The notes under the pieces: model-generated | What the model saw: the letters and a program-made list of their open reading frames with translations, nothing else | What the model was told of the DNA's origin: nothing | Databases searched by the model: none | Source: an uncultured Opitutaceae bacterium | Lineage (GTDB): Bacteria > Verrucomicrobiota > Verrucomicrobiia > Opitutales > Opitutaceae | NCBI GenBank assembly: GCA_963977295.1 | Contig: CAXBOL010000001.1 | Coordinates: 1 to 54,651 of the forward strand | Direction of reading: 5' to 3' | Length of the DNA stretch: 54,651 bases | Program-made: the position numbers and the translations under genes | Shown here: positions 19,213 to 28,064 of the stretch, piece by piece | How the letters are laid out: each line of letters starts with the position of its first letter | Position numbering within the stretch: position 1 is the stretch's first letter

Positions 19213-20229
19213 ATGGCCACCACCACTTCACCCGACTCTCCCGTATTTGTTGGCATCGACGTGGGTGGCCAGCGCAAGGGCTACCATCTCGCCATCCTCA
19301 CCGCCGATCGACTCGTATCCAGCGAAGCGCTACCCAATGCCGCCGCGGTCGTGCAACGCTGCCGCGATCTCGCCCCGAGCGCCATCGGCATCGACGCCCC
19401 CTGCAGTTGGAGCGCCGACGGCCGCTCGCGGGAAGCCGAACGCGCGCTCGCCCGCCGCGGCATCCGCGCCTATGCGACGCCCCGACGCGACCTCGCCAAG
19501 CTCGATGGGTTTCACGCCTGGATGCTGCAAGGCGAAGCCCTCTTCGCGGCACTCCAGCCTCATTTTCCGTTGTGGTCCCATGCCGCCGCCGCCCCGACCC
19601 GACCCTTTTGCTTCGAAACATTTCCGCACGCCGTTACCTGTGCTCTACGCGGCCAAATCGTGCGTGGAAAAGACAAAGCCACTGATCGCCCTGCCTTGCT
19701 CGCCGCGGCCGGAGTCACGTTGTCCCCCAACGTGTCACAGGACGACGTGGATGCCGCCCTTTGCGCCCTCACCGCGCGACACGTGGTCGCGGGAGATTTC
19801 GACACCTACGGCGACCCCATCGAGGGCTTGATCGTCACACCCCACTGGCGACCGACTCCACCCGAGACACTTGCATCCGGTGCCGAAACCACGACCGCTC
19901 AGGCCAAAGGATTTGCCAAGATGAACCTTCCCGCCGCCCGGCGCCACGCCTTCCTTTGCATCGGCCCCGATTGCTGCAGCGCAGTCGCGGGCGACGCATC
20001 CTGGCAAGCCCTCAAAACGGTCATCAAAACGCTCGATCTGCCCGTCCTGCGCACCAAGGCCGCCTGCCTGCGGGTGTGCGCCGGAGGCCCCTGGCTCGTG
20101 GTTTACCCCGAGGGCACGTGGTATGGCCGCGTCACCCCCGAACGCCTGACCCGCATCGCTCAAGAACACCTCCGCGAGGGGCACCCGGTTGCCGAGTGGA
20201 TCAGCCGCACGCAGCCCCTGACCGGCTGA
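19213..20229 (+). CDS. DUF429 (RNase H-like) domain fused to a thioredoxin-like [2Fe-2S] ferredoxin
   Basis: FVGIDVG, IGIDAP, FETFPHA, DDVDAALCAL, YGDPIEGLIVTP, then HAFLCIGPDCC..TKAACLRVCAGGPWLVVYPEGTWY in one open frame; ATG at 19213. Confidence 0.82.
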   Translation: MATTTSPDSPVFVGIDVGGQRKGYHLAILTADRLVSSEALPNAAAVVQRCRDLAPSAIGIDAPCSWSADGRSREAERALARRGIRAYATPRRDLAKLDGFHAWMLQGEALFAALQPHFPLWSHAAAAPTRPFCFETFPHAVTCALRGQIVRGKDKATDRPALLAAAGVTLSPNVSQDDVDAALCALTARHVVAGDFDTYGDPIEGLIVTPHWRPTPPETLASGAETTTAQAKGFAKMNLPAARRHAFLCIGPDCCSAVAGDASWQALKTVIKTLDLPVLRTKAACLRVCAGGPWLVVYPEGTWYGRVTPERLTRIAQEHLREGHPVAEWISRTQPLTG

Positions 20230-20322
20230 GGACGAGATCGGTCAAGCCGTCCACCCGCCCCCGGAATTCTACGTAAGACAATCACGTTGTGTTGGGCGGT
20301 GGGAGGTCGTCGAATAAGCGGC

Positions 20323-20757
20323 GTGAGTCTCAACCTCCCTCAGTCCTTTCATCCGTCTTTGATCGCTGAACTCTATTTTATCGGTCTTGTGATCGTGATC
20401 AGTGTGCTGGGGCGGATCCATCTTTCGACCTATTGGAAATCGACTCCTCGCTTTGCGAGCACGCCGGACCTCGACCGATACCAATCTTTCGTCACCGTCC
20501 AGATGTGGCTTTCCTTGGCCCTTATCCTCGGGTTCGTTCCCGCGCTGGCCGCCGGGGTTTTCTTCGCCCTGCACACGGACGGGCTCATCGCTTACGCGCC
20601 CACCATCCTCTTCGTGATCCCCTACCTGATTGGCCGAGGGGGCAAACGTCTCAAAAAAACCTTGCGGGAAAACATGACCATTCCTGACCCCGAACTGAAA
20701 GAGCGGCACGGCTACATCAGTTTGGTTTGGACCGAGAGAACGTTTCCTCGGTTCTAG
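20323..20757 (+). CDS. Hypothetical membrane protein (about 3 TM)
   Basis: Fills the intergenic space, three hydrophobic segments; GTG start at 20323 inferred. Confidence 0.6.
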   Translation: MSLNLPQSFHPSLIAELYFIGLVIVISVLGRIHLSTYWKSTPRFASTPDLDRYQSFVTVQMWLSLALILGFVPALAAGVFFALHTDGLIAYAPTILFVIPYLIGRGGKRLKKTLRENMTIPDPELKERHGYISLVWTERTFPRF

Positions 20758-20826
20758 CTCACAGTGAATGCGGTCGTCTCGTTTTCGCACAAATTATCAA
20801 GCGACGGCGGACGCGTTTGAGGTAAC

Positions 20827-21732
20827 TTGGCTCCAGTGCAGTCTCCCCCTCTTGAATCCCTCCAACACGCGCTCGACCTCATCGAGGCCAACCTACGGCA
20901 GCCTCTGACGGTAGGGGAACTCGCCACGAAAGCGGGGTATTCGTTTTGGCATTTCCAAAAAGTGTTTGTCGCGCTCGTGCAAGAGCCCGTGGCCAGCTAC
21001 ACCCGACGCCGTCGCATCACCGAAGCCGCCCTGGCCCTGCGCCACGCTCCAGAGCGGCGCATCTTGGATATCGCAATGGATTTCGGCTTCGACTCCCACG
21101 AATCGTTCACCCGTGCCTTCACCAGCGTTACGGGGACCAATCCCCGTGAATTTCGCACTGAAATCATGCCGATCATGCGGTGGGCCCGCTTCCCTATTCT
21201 GCCCCATCAACTCAACCTCATCCCTTCGAAAATGGCCCTCGAACCCACCTTCATTGATCTTCCCGCTCTTTCGCTTGTCGGCTGCGCCAGCCGCTTCATC
21301 GCCGCCATGTCACCCGACGCGAACAACATGCAAGTCATCCCCCCGCTCTGGGGTCAGATCAGCGCACGCAAAGCCGAACTTGGGGTCGCTCCCGACGCCG
21401 TCATGTATGGCGCCTGCCGCCTGCTCCCCCCTCATCAACGCACCCGCGAAGACGAGTTGGAATACCTCGCCGGCACCGTGATCGCGCCCGAGCATCCGGT
21501 TCCCGCCGGGATGGCGCGGTGGGAAATCCCCGCCTTGCACTACGCTAAATTCGTCCATCGCGGCCCCGTCGAGACGTTTCCCGAAACGCTCAACTACGTC
21601 TACGGTTCGTGGTTTCCCCGCTCAAAATACACCCCCACCCACGACATCGAGCTCGAATGCTATGACTCCCGCTTCTGCCTAGGCAGCTCCGACAGTGAAG
21701 TGGATTACCTGATTTCCATTCGCCCGGCGTAA
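20827..21732 (+). CDS. AraC-family regulator with C-terminal GyrI-like effector domain (Rob-like)
   Basis: IEANL..ELATKAGYSFWHFQKVF..RRRITEAA..ILDIAMDFGFDSHESFTRAF; GyrI-like YAKFVHRGP..YVYGSWFP. Confidence 0.93.
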   Translation: MAPVQSPPLESLQHALDLIEANLRQPLTVGELATKAGYSFWHFQKVFVALVQEPVASYTRRRRITEAALALRHAPERRILDIAMDFGFDSHESFTRAFTSVTGTNPREFRTEIMPIMRWARFPILPHQLNLIPSKMALEPTFIDLPALSLVGCASRFIAAMSPDANNMQVIPPLWGQISARKAELGVAPDAVMYGACRLLPPHQRTREDELEYLAGTVIAPEHPVPAGMARWEIPALHYAKFVHRGPVETFPETLNYVYGSWFPRSKYTPTHDIELECYDSRFCLGSSDSEVDYLISIRPA

Positions 21733-21884
21733 CACCAATCACCCCTTGGATTTAGACTTTAACACCAAGTCGCGGAGCCGCGGCAGCGTTGAGTATCAAG
21801 TTATTCAATTGCTGAACTTTTCGTCCTTACCGGCGTGGTGGCTTTGCGTTAAAATTAGTCTAATTTAATCGGGCTGCTGGTATA
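21730..21884. mobile_element. MITE-like inverted-repeat element
   Basis: Left arm ACCAA-N14-TAGACT (21734-21758), right arm AGTCTA-N14-CTGGT-ATA (21857-21884), inner TTAAC..GTTAA arms. Confidence 0.55.
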
Positions 21885-21887
21885 ACC

Positions 21888-22090
21888 CCGAAGTCCCTTC
21901 GGTTAATCGACTATCGACCAAAGATCAAAAAAGGAACGAAGTGACTGGTTCACATATATTTGCGATCTGCTTCGTTTCCCCTGTCTTGACCGCCGACCTG
22001 TCCGCCAACGCCTTGGCGACGGCGGAAGCTTCAGCGAAGGAGGGAGCCTCCGGTAAAATCTGATTGCTCCGGGCTTATGGAATAAGCCGT
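21888..22090. repeat. Cluster of intergenic hairpins (repeat remnant or structured RNA)
   Basis: CCGAAG/CTTCGG, GGAACGAAG/CTTCGTTTCC, TCCGCC..CGCC/GGCG..GGCGGA, GGCTTAT/ATAAGCC. Confidence 0.4.
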
Positions 22091-22122
22091 CACAATCTAA
22101 AAGCTGCTCGCGCCGCCCACCG

Positions 22123-23361
22123 CTACGGAGCGACCGACCGCAACCGATAGCCATGGACGTTGAGTGGAATCGGCCACGGGTAGGTCTGTTCGATGTCAGC
22201 GAACGTCATGAGCACAAACGGACTGTTCGGCGTGCGGCCGTTCTTGGTCAGCACAATATTGTCGGCGATATACACGACCATGTGCACGAGTTCATGCGAG
22301 TCCCGGTTTTCAGAAATCAGGGCCAACACATCACCAAACCTAAACGGAGGCTGCGCCGGCTCGTAGTCTCGCTGCAGCGTCTGCATGGCCTCCGCCGCGG
22401 CCTGACCGAAATCCTCCGACCCCGGCAGGTAGCGCCGATCCGGCGTCGGATTGAAAAAATTGAGCGACAACCAAAAACAATTGGCCTGTAGCGGAGCAAA
22501 TCCACCATCGGGAAAGGTGTGCAACAGCTTCCGCGGCAGGGGCGGCAACAGGTGAATCAGGTCAATGGTCTCCAGTTCCGGCGACCGATCAAACGCGCGG
22601 AGCAACCCCGAGGCCGGCTTCCCTCCCGGCTTGACCCAATAGGCGTTCACTTCTGCTCGACGTTCCAAGCTCGATCGCGTGAGTTCCACCGCCAGCGAGG
22701 GGTAGGAAAACATCACCCGCTTGAATCGCATCAACTCCATCGGATCCGAGATCAGCGTAGCAATCAAATCGGCATCGACGAGACACGCGTGCGTTCCCCG
22801 ATAAAACGTCAAACGTCGCAATGTATCCACCACTACAGGACGCAAACTAGCCCGCACCAATGCTTCCGGCGTCGGCACCGCGAACGGCAACGCCTGTGTC
22901 AGGTTGGGTTCAAAGGAGGCCAGCTCATCGTAAATGATGCGACGACTTTCCGAACTCAGGTTCAGTCGGAACTGGTCACTCACTTTGATTAGTCGGGTTT
23001 TCCCATCTTCACTCTGCCGTCGATTCTCCTCCTGCAGCAGCGGCACAAGTTGATCCGGCGTGAGTTCGGCGCGGGCGAGGAACGCGTCGATTTCGACCCA
23101 ACTCTTCCCCTGAAACGCCCATTCGCTTTCCGGTTTGAAATTGATCTTCGCCAACAGCGGGTCTGGTGGCGCCAGCCGTAACCGACTAACCCGCATGGTG
23201 CCCCACGGGCCGGATTCCGAGAGCCAACTCCGTGCACTCGCCGATGGCACAGGATTCGAACGCCCGTAGGAATCCGAAGCTGCCACCGGAAGGCGGGCGC
23301 CGATCAACAAGGTTCCCGCCCCCACCAGCCACCCAATCACCGTTAGCGTGCTTCGCTTCAT
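22123..23361 (-). CDS. Secreted hypothetical protein with putative Cys-His (papain/NlpC-P60-like) C-terminal domain
   Basis: Signal peptide; ANCFWLSLNFF...FGDVLAL...HMVVYIADNIVLTKNG; ATGA overlap with the upstream paralog. Confidence 0.7.
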   Translation of the reverse strand: MKRSTLTVIGWLVGAGTLLIGARLPVAASDSYGRSNPVPSASARSWLSESGPWGTMRVSRLRLAPPDPLLAKINFKPESEWAFQGKSWVEIDAFLARAELTPDQLVPLLQEENRRQSEDGKTRLIKVSDQFRLNLSSESRRIIYDELASFEPNLTQALPFAVPTPEALVRASLRPVVVDTLRRLTFYRGTHACLVDADLIATLISDPMELMRFKRVMFSYPSLAVELTRSSLERRAEVNAYWVKPGGKPASGLLRAFDRSPELETIDLIHLLPPLPRKLLHTFPDGGFAPLQANCFWLSLNFFNPTPDRRYLPGSEDFGQAAAEAMQTLQRDYEPAQPPFRFGDVLALISENRDSHELVHMVVYIADNIVLTKNGRTPNSPFVLMTFADIEQTYPWPIPLNVHGYRLRSVAP

Positions 23362-24515
23362 GGCTGGAGCGGTGGCAGGTAGCGCCGCAGCGTAAAACTA
23401 CGATCCTTAAAATTTGGATTCCGGTTGAGCACATCGCCCCGGCGCATGAATCGCCACAACCCCAACCCGACCGGATCTTTCGCAAAAACGATATCACCGG
23501 CAATCACCGCACACGCGTAAGCGACGTCATTTTTGTCGCGCTGATCCAAGACCAGTAAATCGCCAAACCTCGGTTCATCCGCCACATCGCGAAAGCCTTG
23601 TTCGATCCGAGCCCGAAACCGTTGACGGTTCAACACATCCACGGGCAGCACACTCAGACTGGCCGAAACCATCAAACTGGAGGCCGAAAAATCAAATCTC
23701 ACATCGCTCGCATCGAGGTCGTTGACCAGGCTCCGCGGCAGCCCCGGAAGCAGGGCGATCAGGTCAATGCCCTCGGCCGTATCCGCTTCCAAAAGGGTTT
23801 CCAACAACGGCAAGGCAAAGGCGTTCTGGTGATCGACCGTCCAATAAGACAGCGCCTCCGCCACGGGACCCACCTCGCGTAGTCGCAGACGCGGAATCGT
23901 CGCATCCACTTCCGACGCCGCCTGCAACACCCGAATCAGCAGATCTCGATCGGGAAACTCCGCCGCAATCACTGAAAAATCACTCAACGCCCAACCGCCC
24001 GCGAAGGGGTAACACAGCGCCTCGATTCGCCGCACCACGTCAGTCGGAATTCCAGCTCGATCAAATCGCGACCACGGATCGATCCGCGGAAACACCAACG
24101 GCCAACGCTCCGCGTGATTCCCCGGCATCGCCGCGATAAACGCATAGAGAGACTCGCGCTCCTCGGCCGTCAGCGCTTGCAATCCAGCCAAAGAGGGCCG
24201 AACCTCCAGGCCCTCGGCATCCGGGAGCACCCGCAACACGGTCGGATCACTGAGGGCCTCCCGATGAGCCGCCGACAGTTCGACGCCGAAAAGTTGCCCC
24301 ACCCAAGCCCCCCGGCTCGGCGTATTCACCCGCCAAACACGCTCGGTTTGGGCGTCGAGGTAGGCCTCGCACGCCTCGATCGGCGCATCCAAACGCACCC
24401 GTTGCGATTCAATTATCCCTTGCGGGATCACCACTACTGAGGTGTCGGCACCTTGTGCGCTCAACGCCGCGAGTATGACGGCCCACACCATCCCTACGCC
24501 TATAATTTTTCGCAA
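23358..24515 (-). CDS. Secreted hypothetical protein, paralog of 22123-23361 lacking the Cys and His
   Basis: GGAGG RBS 7 nt before TTG 24515; signal peptide; shared blocks IDLIALLPGLPR, PRFGDLLVL, VIAGDIVFAK. Confidence 0.7.
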   Translation of the reverse strand: MRKIIGVGMVWAVILAALSAQGADTSVVVIPQGIIESQRVRLDAPIEACEAYLDAQTERVWRVNTPSRGAWVGQLFGVELSAAHREALSDPTVLRVLPDAEGLEVRPSLAGLQALTAEERESLYAFIAAMPGNHAERWPLVFPRIDPWSRFDRAGIPTDVVRRIEALCYPFAGGWALSDFSVIAAEFPDRDLLIRVLQAASEVDATIPRLRLREVGPVAEALSYWTVDHQNAFALPLLETLLEADTAEGIDLIALLPGLPRSLVNDLDASDVRFDFSASSLMVSASLSVLPVDVLNRQRFRARIEQGFRDVADEPRFGDLLVLDQRDKNDVAYACAVIAGDIVFAKDPVGLGLWRFMRRGDVLNRNPNFKDRSFTLRRYLPPLQP

Positions 24516-24759
24516 ACTCCGTCCTCCATGAATTACACGGGTTACTCCAAAACGATAAGCTACGCCGGAGCTCGGCGAAATCGACAGCCTCATAGACGGT
24601 AAGGTGCCGAGAAGACGCCGATTTCTCTCCAAGGTTTCAATCTCCAATGAGCCCGTTGAAAGAAGAATTCCGAGAGCCCCAGTCACCTTCTCAAAATCCG
24701 GTGCACTGAGCGCTCCAACTTAAGATTCAACACGGTCGCTTACCGTTTCGTCGCATCGA

Positions 24760-24777
24760 CTGTTAAGATGAAGTCAC
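24760..24777 (+). promoter_or_regulatory. Possible Pho box upstream of phoD
   Basis: CTGTTAA-GATG-AAGTCAC, two GT(T/C)A units 11 bp apart; weak match to CTGTCAT-N4-CTGTCAC. Confidence 0.3.
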
Positions 24778-24867
24778 AGCGCCCGAAAATGAATTTGAGC
24801 ACTCGCCATCCGCGCAAGTTTCGAGTCCACTCGCCCCCGCCCCTCAACCAATCGTTTGCCTCTACCG

Positions 24868-26445
24868 ATGCCCCCGTCTTTCTACCCCTTGCCCGGAGCC
24901 CAACACCTCGGACGCCGTTCCTTTCTGGCTGGCAGTGTATCGTTTGCCGCCGCGGCTCTGCTCTCCTCCCGGGCCCAGTCCATTGCCTCCACCCACCCCA
25001 AATTCTCGGCGTATCCGTTCTCCTTGGGCATAGCCTCGGGTGATCCGCTATCGGATGGGGTCGTGCTCTGGACCCGACTCGCCCCCCGCCCCCTCGAACT
25101 CGGCGGTGGCATGGGGGCCGACGACGTGGCAGTCTCGTGGCAGATCGCCGAAGACGAAGGCATGTCTCGCGTCGTGCAATCCGGCACCGCCTCCGCCCGC
25201 GCTACTTGGTCCCACTCCGTGCACGTCGAAGTCAACGGCCTTCGCCCCGACCGCTGGTATTGGTATCAATTCAAGACTGGCGGTGAGATCAGCCCCTTGG
25301 GCCGCACGCGCACCACGCCCTTCGCGTCAACTCTGCCCGACCGACTGCGCTTCGGTATGGTGTCGTGCCAGCACTACGAGGCCGGACTCTACACCGCTTA
25401 CGACCACCTCAGCCGCGAGGACATCGATCTGGTGGTGCATCTGGGCGACTACATTTACGAAGGCGCGGCCAAACCCAAGGGACTCCGACAACACATCGGC
25501 GAGGAATGCCTTTCTCTCGACGATTATCGGATCCGTTACGCCCGTTACAAAACCGATGCCCATCTGCAGGCTGCCCACGCCATGGCTCCCTGGATCGTGA
25601 CCTGGGACGACCACGAAGTCGCCAACAACTACGCCAACGATCATATCGCCCGCGGCACCCCGCGAGAGGAATTCCTCCTGCGCCGCGCGGCTGGTTACCA
25701 AGCGTATTTCGAACACATGCCGCTCCGTCGTTCGGCCCTGCCGCGCGGCCCCGACATGCTGCTGTATCGAGGCCTGGCCTACGGACGGCTGGCCCAATTC
25801 CACGTCCTCGACACCCGCCAGTATCGCACCCCCCAGCAGCTCGGTGATGGCAACAAGACACCCACGCCCGTCCTCCTCGACCCGCGCGGCACCCTCTTGG
25901 GCGACCGGCAACGCGAGTGGCTCTTCGACGGCCTCGAGCGCTCACCCGCCGGCTGGAATATTCTTACCCAACAGGTCATGATGGCCCGCGTCGATCGCAC
26001 GCCGGGACCCAAAGTCACGCACAGCATGGACCAATGGCCCGGCTACGAATTTGAACGCCGCCGGGTGCTCAAGCACATTCACGACCAGAAGATCAAAAAC
26101 CCCGTCGTGCTCACCGGAGACATTCACAAAAACTGGGCCAACGAGCTCATCGCCGACTTCGACGATCTGGACTCGCAATCGGTCGGCACCGAGTTCGTCG
26201 GCACCTCGATTAGCTCCGGTGGCGATGGGGACGCCCAACCTGCCGGGCACGATGAAATCCTCGCCGAAAATCCGTTCGTGAAATTCTTCAACGGCGAACG
26301 CGGCTACGTGCGTTGTGAGCTCACGCCCGAGACGTGGCGCGCCGATTACCGCACCGTCCCGTTCGTCACAAAACCAGATGCCCCCCTCCAAACCCGCGCT
26401 TCATTTATCGTCGAGTCCGGCCGCCCGGCCCTGAACCGCGTCTGA
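24868..26445 (+). CDS. phoD: Alkaline phosphatase D family protein, Tat-exported
   Basis: Tat motif GRRSFL; PFSLGIASGDP, VVLWTRL, HLGDYIYE, TWDDHEV, LDTRQYR, DQWPGY, LTGDIH. Confidence 0.95.
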   Translation: MPPSFYPLPGAQHLGRRSFLAGSVSFAAAALLSSRAQSIASTHPKFSAYPFSLGIASGDPLSDGVVLWTRLAPRPLELGGGMGADDVAVSWQIAEDEGMSRVVQSGTASARATWSHSVHVEVNGLRPDRWYWYQFKTGGEISPLGRTRTTPFASTLPDRLRFGMVSCQHYEAGLYTAYDHLSREDIDLVVHLGDYIYEGAAKPKGLRQHIGEECLSLDDYRIRYARYKTDAHLQAAHAMAPWIVTWDDHEVANNYANDHIARGTPREEFLLRRAAGYQAYFEHMPLRRSALPRGPDMLLYRGLAYGRLAQFHVLDTRQYRTPQQLGDGNKTPTPVLLDPRGTLLGDRQREWLFDGLERSPAGWNILTQQVMMARVDRTPGPKVTHSMDQWPGYEFERRRVLKHIHDQKIKNPVVLTGDIHKNWANELIADFDDLDSQSVGTEFVGTSISSGGDGDAQPAGHDEILAENPFVKFFNGERGYVRCELTPETWRADYRTVPFVTKPDAPLQTRASFIVESGRPALNRV

Positions 26446-26598
26446 CGCGCCTCAAGGTTGGGCCTGCGCCCGCAGTGGACAAAAAAAGTGGCCAACCCGT
26501 TCGGATCGGCCGCCCAGCGAGTTAGCGCCACATTCGCTTAGTTGGAAAGAACGGACTCAATCACGACGACTGAGTAGTGATCCCCACGGAAAACGTTC

Positions 26599-27603
26599 TC
26601 AGCCAAGCTCGCCGACGATATCAGCCCAGTTCTTCAAAACCTCGGCCGGATCTCGCTCCGGGAAGGTTCGGCCTACCACGGCCAGCAAATCCTGAGCTTG
26701 GGGAAACAGATCCGACAACGCCGTGCTGAGCTGATCCGCCGGATCTTCCAGGGCTGCCACCTCATCCCATATTTTACCGCCACGAATCGATTGGTCGATG
26801 GATTCGATGATCACCGCACCAAGCGCACCGAATCGTTCCACCGCCAATTCGCTGATCGCCCCTCCCAGAAACGCCTCGTCCAGTTCATGTTGCATTTCCT
26901 TGAGCATTCGGACCATCCGGTGGGCACTCCCAGCGCTGAGAAACTCCAACACTCGGGCTTCGAACTCATACGGATTCGCCGCGTGAAACGCACTCAGCAC
27001 CTCGGCCTGCCGCACATGAGTTTGGGAATTCTGATAGGCGTTTACCGCCAATCCGTTCATGGCGTAATCAAACTGCGTCAGCCCGCCCTTGTTGCGGATC
27101 ACCAACGTGAGCGACGGACTCCCCATGTGCATCACCGTGTGAATGAACGCATCCTCCGGCAAAATGCGCGTGATCTCACCGGGAGTGATCAACCGCAGCG
27201 CCATCGGCTCCAGTTCACCTATTTGGATGCCGGGTTCAGGCTCCTGGGTGCGGTGATATAGAAATTCCGCCTCGATCGAGTATCCCGCCAGCACCTGATA
27301 AGCCCCGTAAAATCCATGGCTATGAATCGACGTGCGACCGTGAAACCAGAAAAGGACTTCGGCATAAAATCGTGGTTCCTCGTAAACCACCAACGGCGGC
27401 TCACCGAATCCACTGTGAAAATTGACCTGCTCCGGCAACTGCTCCCGACCCAGCGCCCAGTCCGCCATGAATTCGATACCGATATCAGCGGGAACCGGAA
27501 ACTCCGCCAACACTGCGGCGGCGAGCTCCGGGAAGTTCTCCCCCAATTCACCATCGCCACAACGCATCGAAAGGCTTTCGCCGATTTCTTTGAAATAATC
27601 CAT
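26599..27603 (-). CDS. Cupin-fold (cysteine-dioxygenase-like) hypothetical protein
   Basis: TSIHSHGFYGAYQVLAG and FIHTVMH give an HxH...H metal triad; ATG at 27603 (MDYFKE). Confidence 0.65.
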   Translation of the reverse strand: MDYFKEIGESLSMRCGDGELGENFPELAAAVLAEFPVPADIGIEFMADWALGREQLPEQVNFHSGFGEPPLVVYEEPRFYAEVLFWFHGRTSIHSHGFYGAYQVLAGYSIEAEFLYHRTQEPEPGIQIGELEPMALRLITPGEITRILPEDAFIHTVMHMGSPSLTLVIRNKGGLTQFDYAMNGLAVNAYQNSQTHVRQAEVLSAFHAANPYEFEARVLEFLSAGSAHRMVRMLKEMQHELDEAFLGGAISELAVERFGALGAVIIESIDQSIRGGKIWDEVAALEDPADQLSTALSDLFPQAQDLLAVVGRTFPERDPAEVLKNWADIVGELG

Positions 27604-28064
27604 AACTGGACTCCACCTTCGCTCGACTGGGCCGCGATGCAATCTCCCGGAATCCATTGTGACAAATTCCGGAACGACAGTTTCATTCCGATCCCGAGGA
27701 AACTGAACAAATCCTGTCGTCACTTTGTCGCCACCAAGCAACGACACGGACTCCAGCGCTGAAGGCCTCCCACGAAAGGGCCAACCCATCCGCTTAAACA
27801 GGCTCGATCAAATCAGTGAGGCTGAATTACTTGAGGTGAGCGGTCACCACGGTGACCATCTTAACCTACCCTACACCAATTTTTGGTGATCTCCCCATTT
27901 CGAAATGTGCCTCAGCAAATTCGGGCAGTGAAGCAGGGTGAATCCATCTCGAATTGAGCAAGACCCAGAGTCTATACTTTGAATCGCAGATTCCTTTTGG
28001 AAATATCCGAATCCACCTCCCTTCTCCGTCATTCGTCTGCACCTGTATCCCCTCACCCCTCACC

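Noticed and set aside
24727-24752. Third copy of the ECF motif (TCAACACGG...CGTC, AAC-N17-CG) upstream of phoD
   Set aside because: Several mismatches to the twin motif and no functional link; compatible with chance
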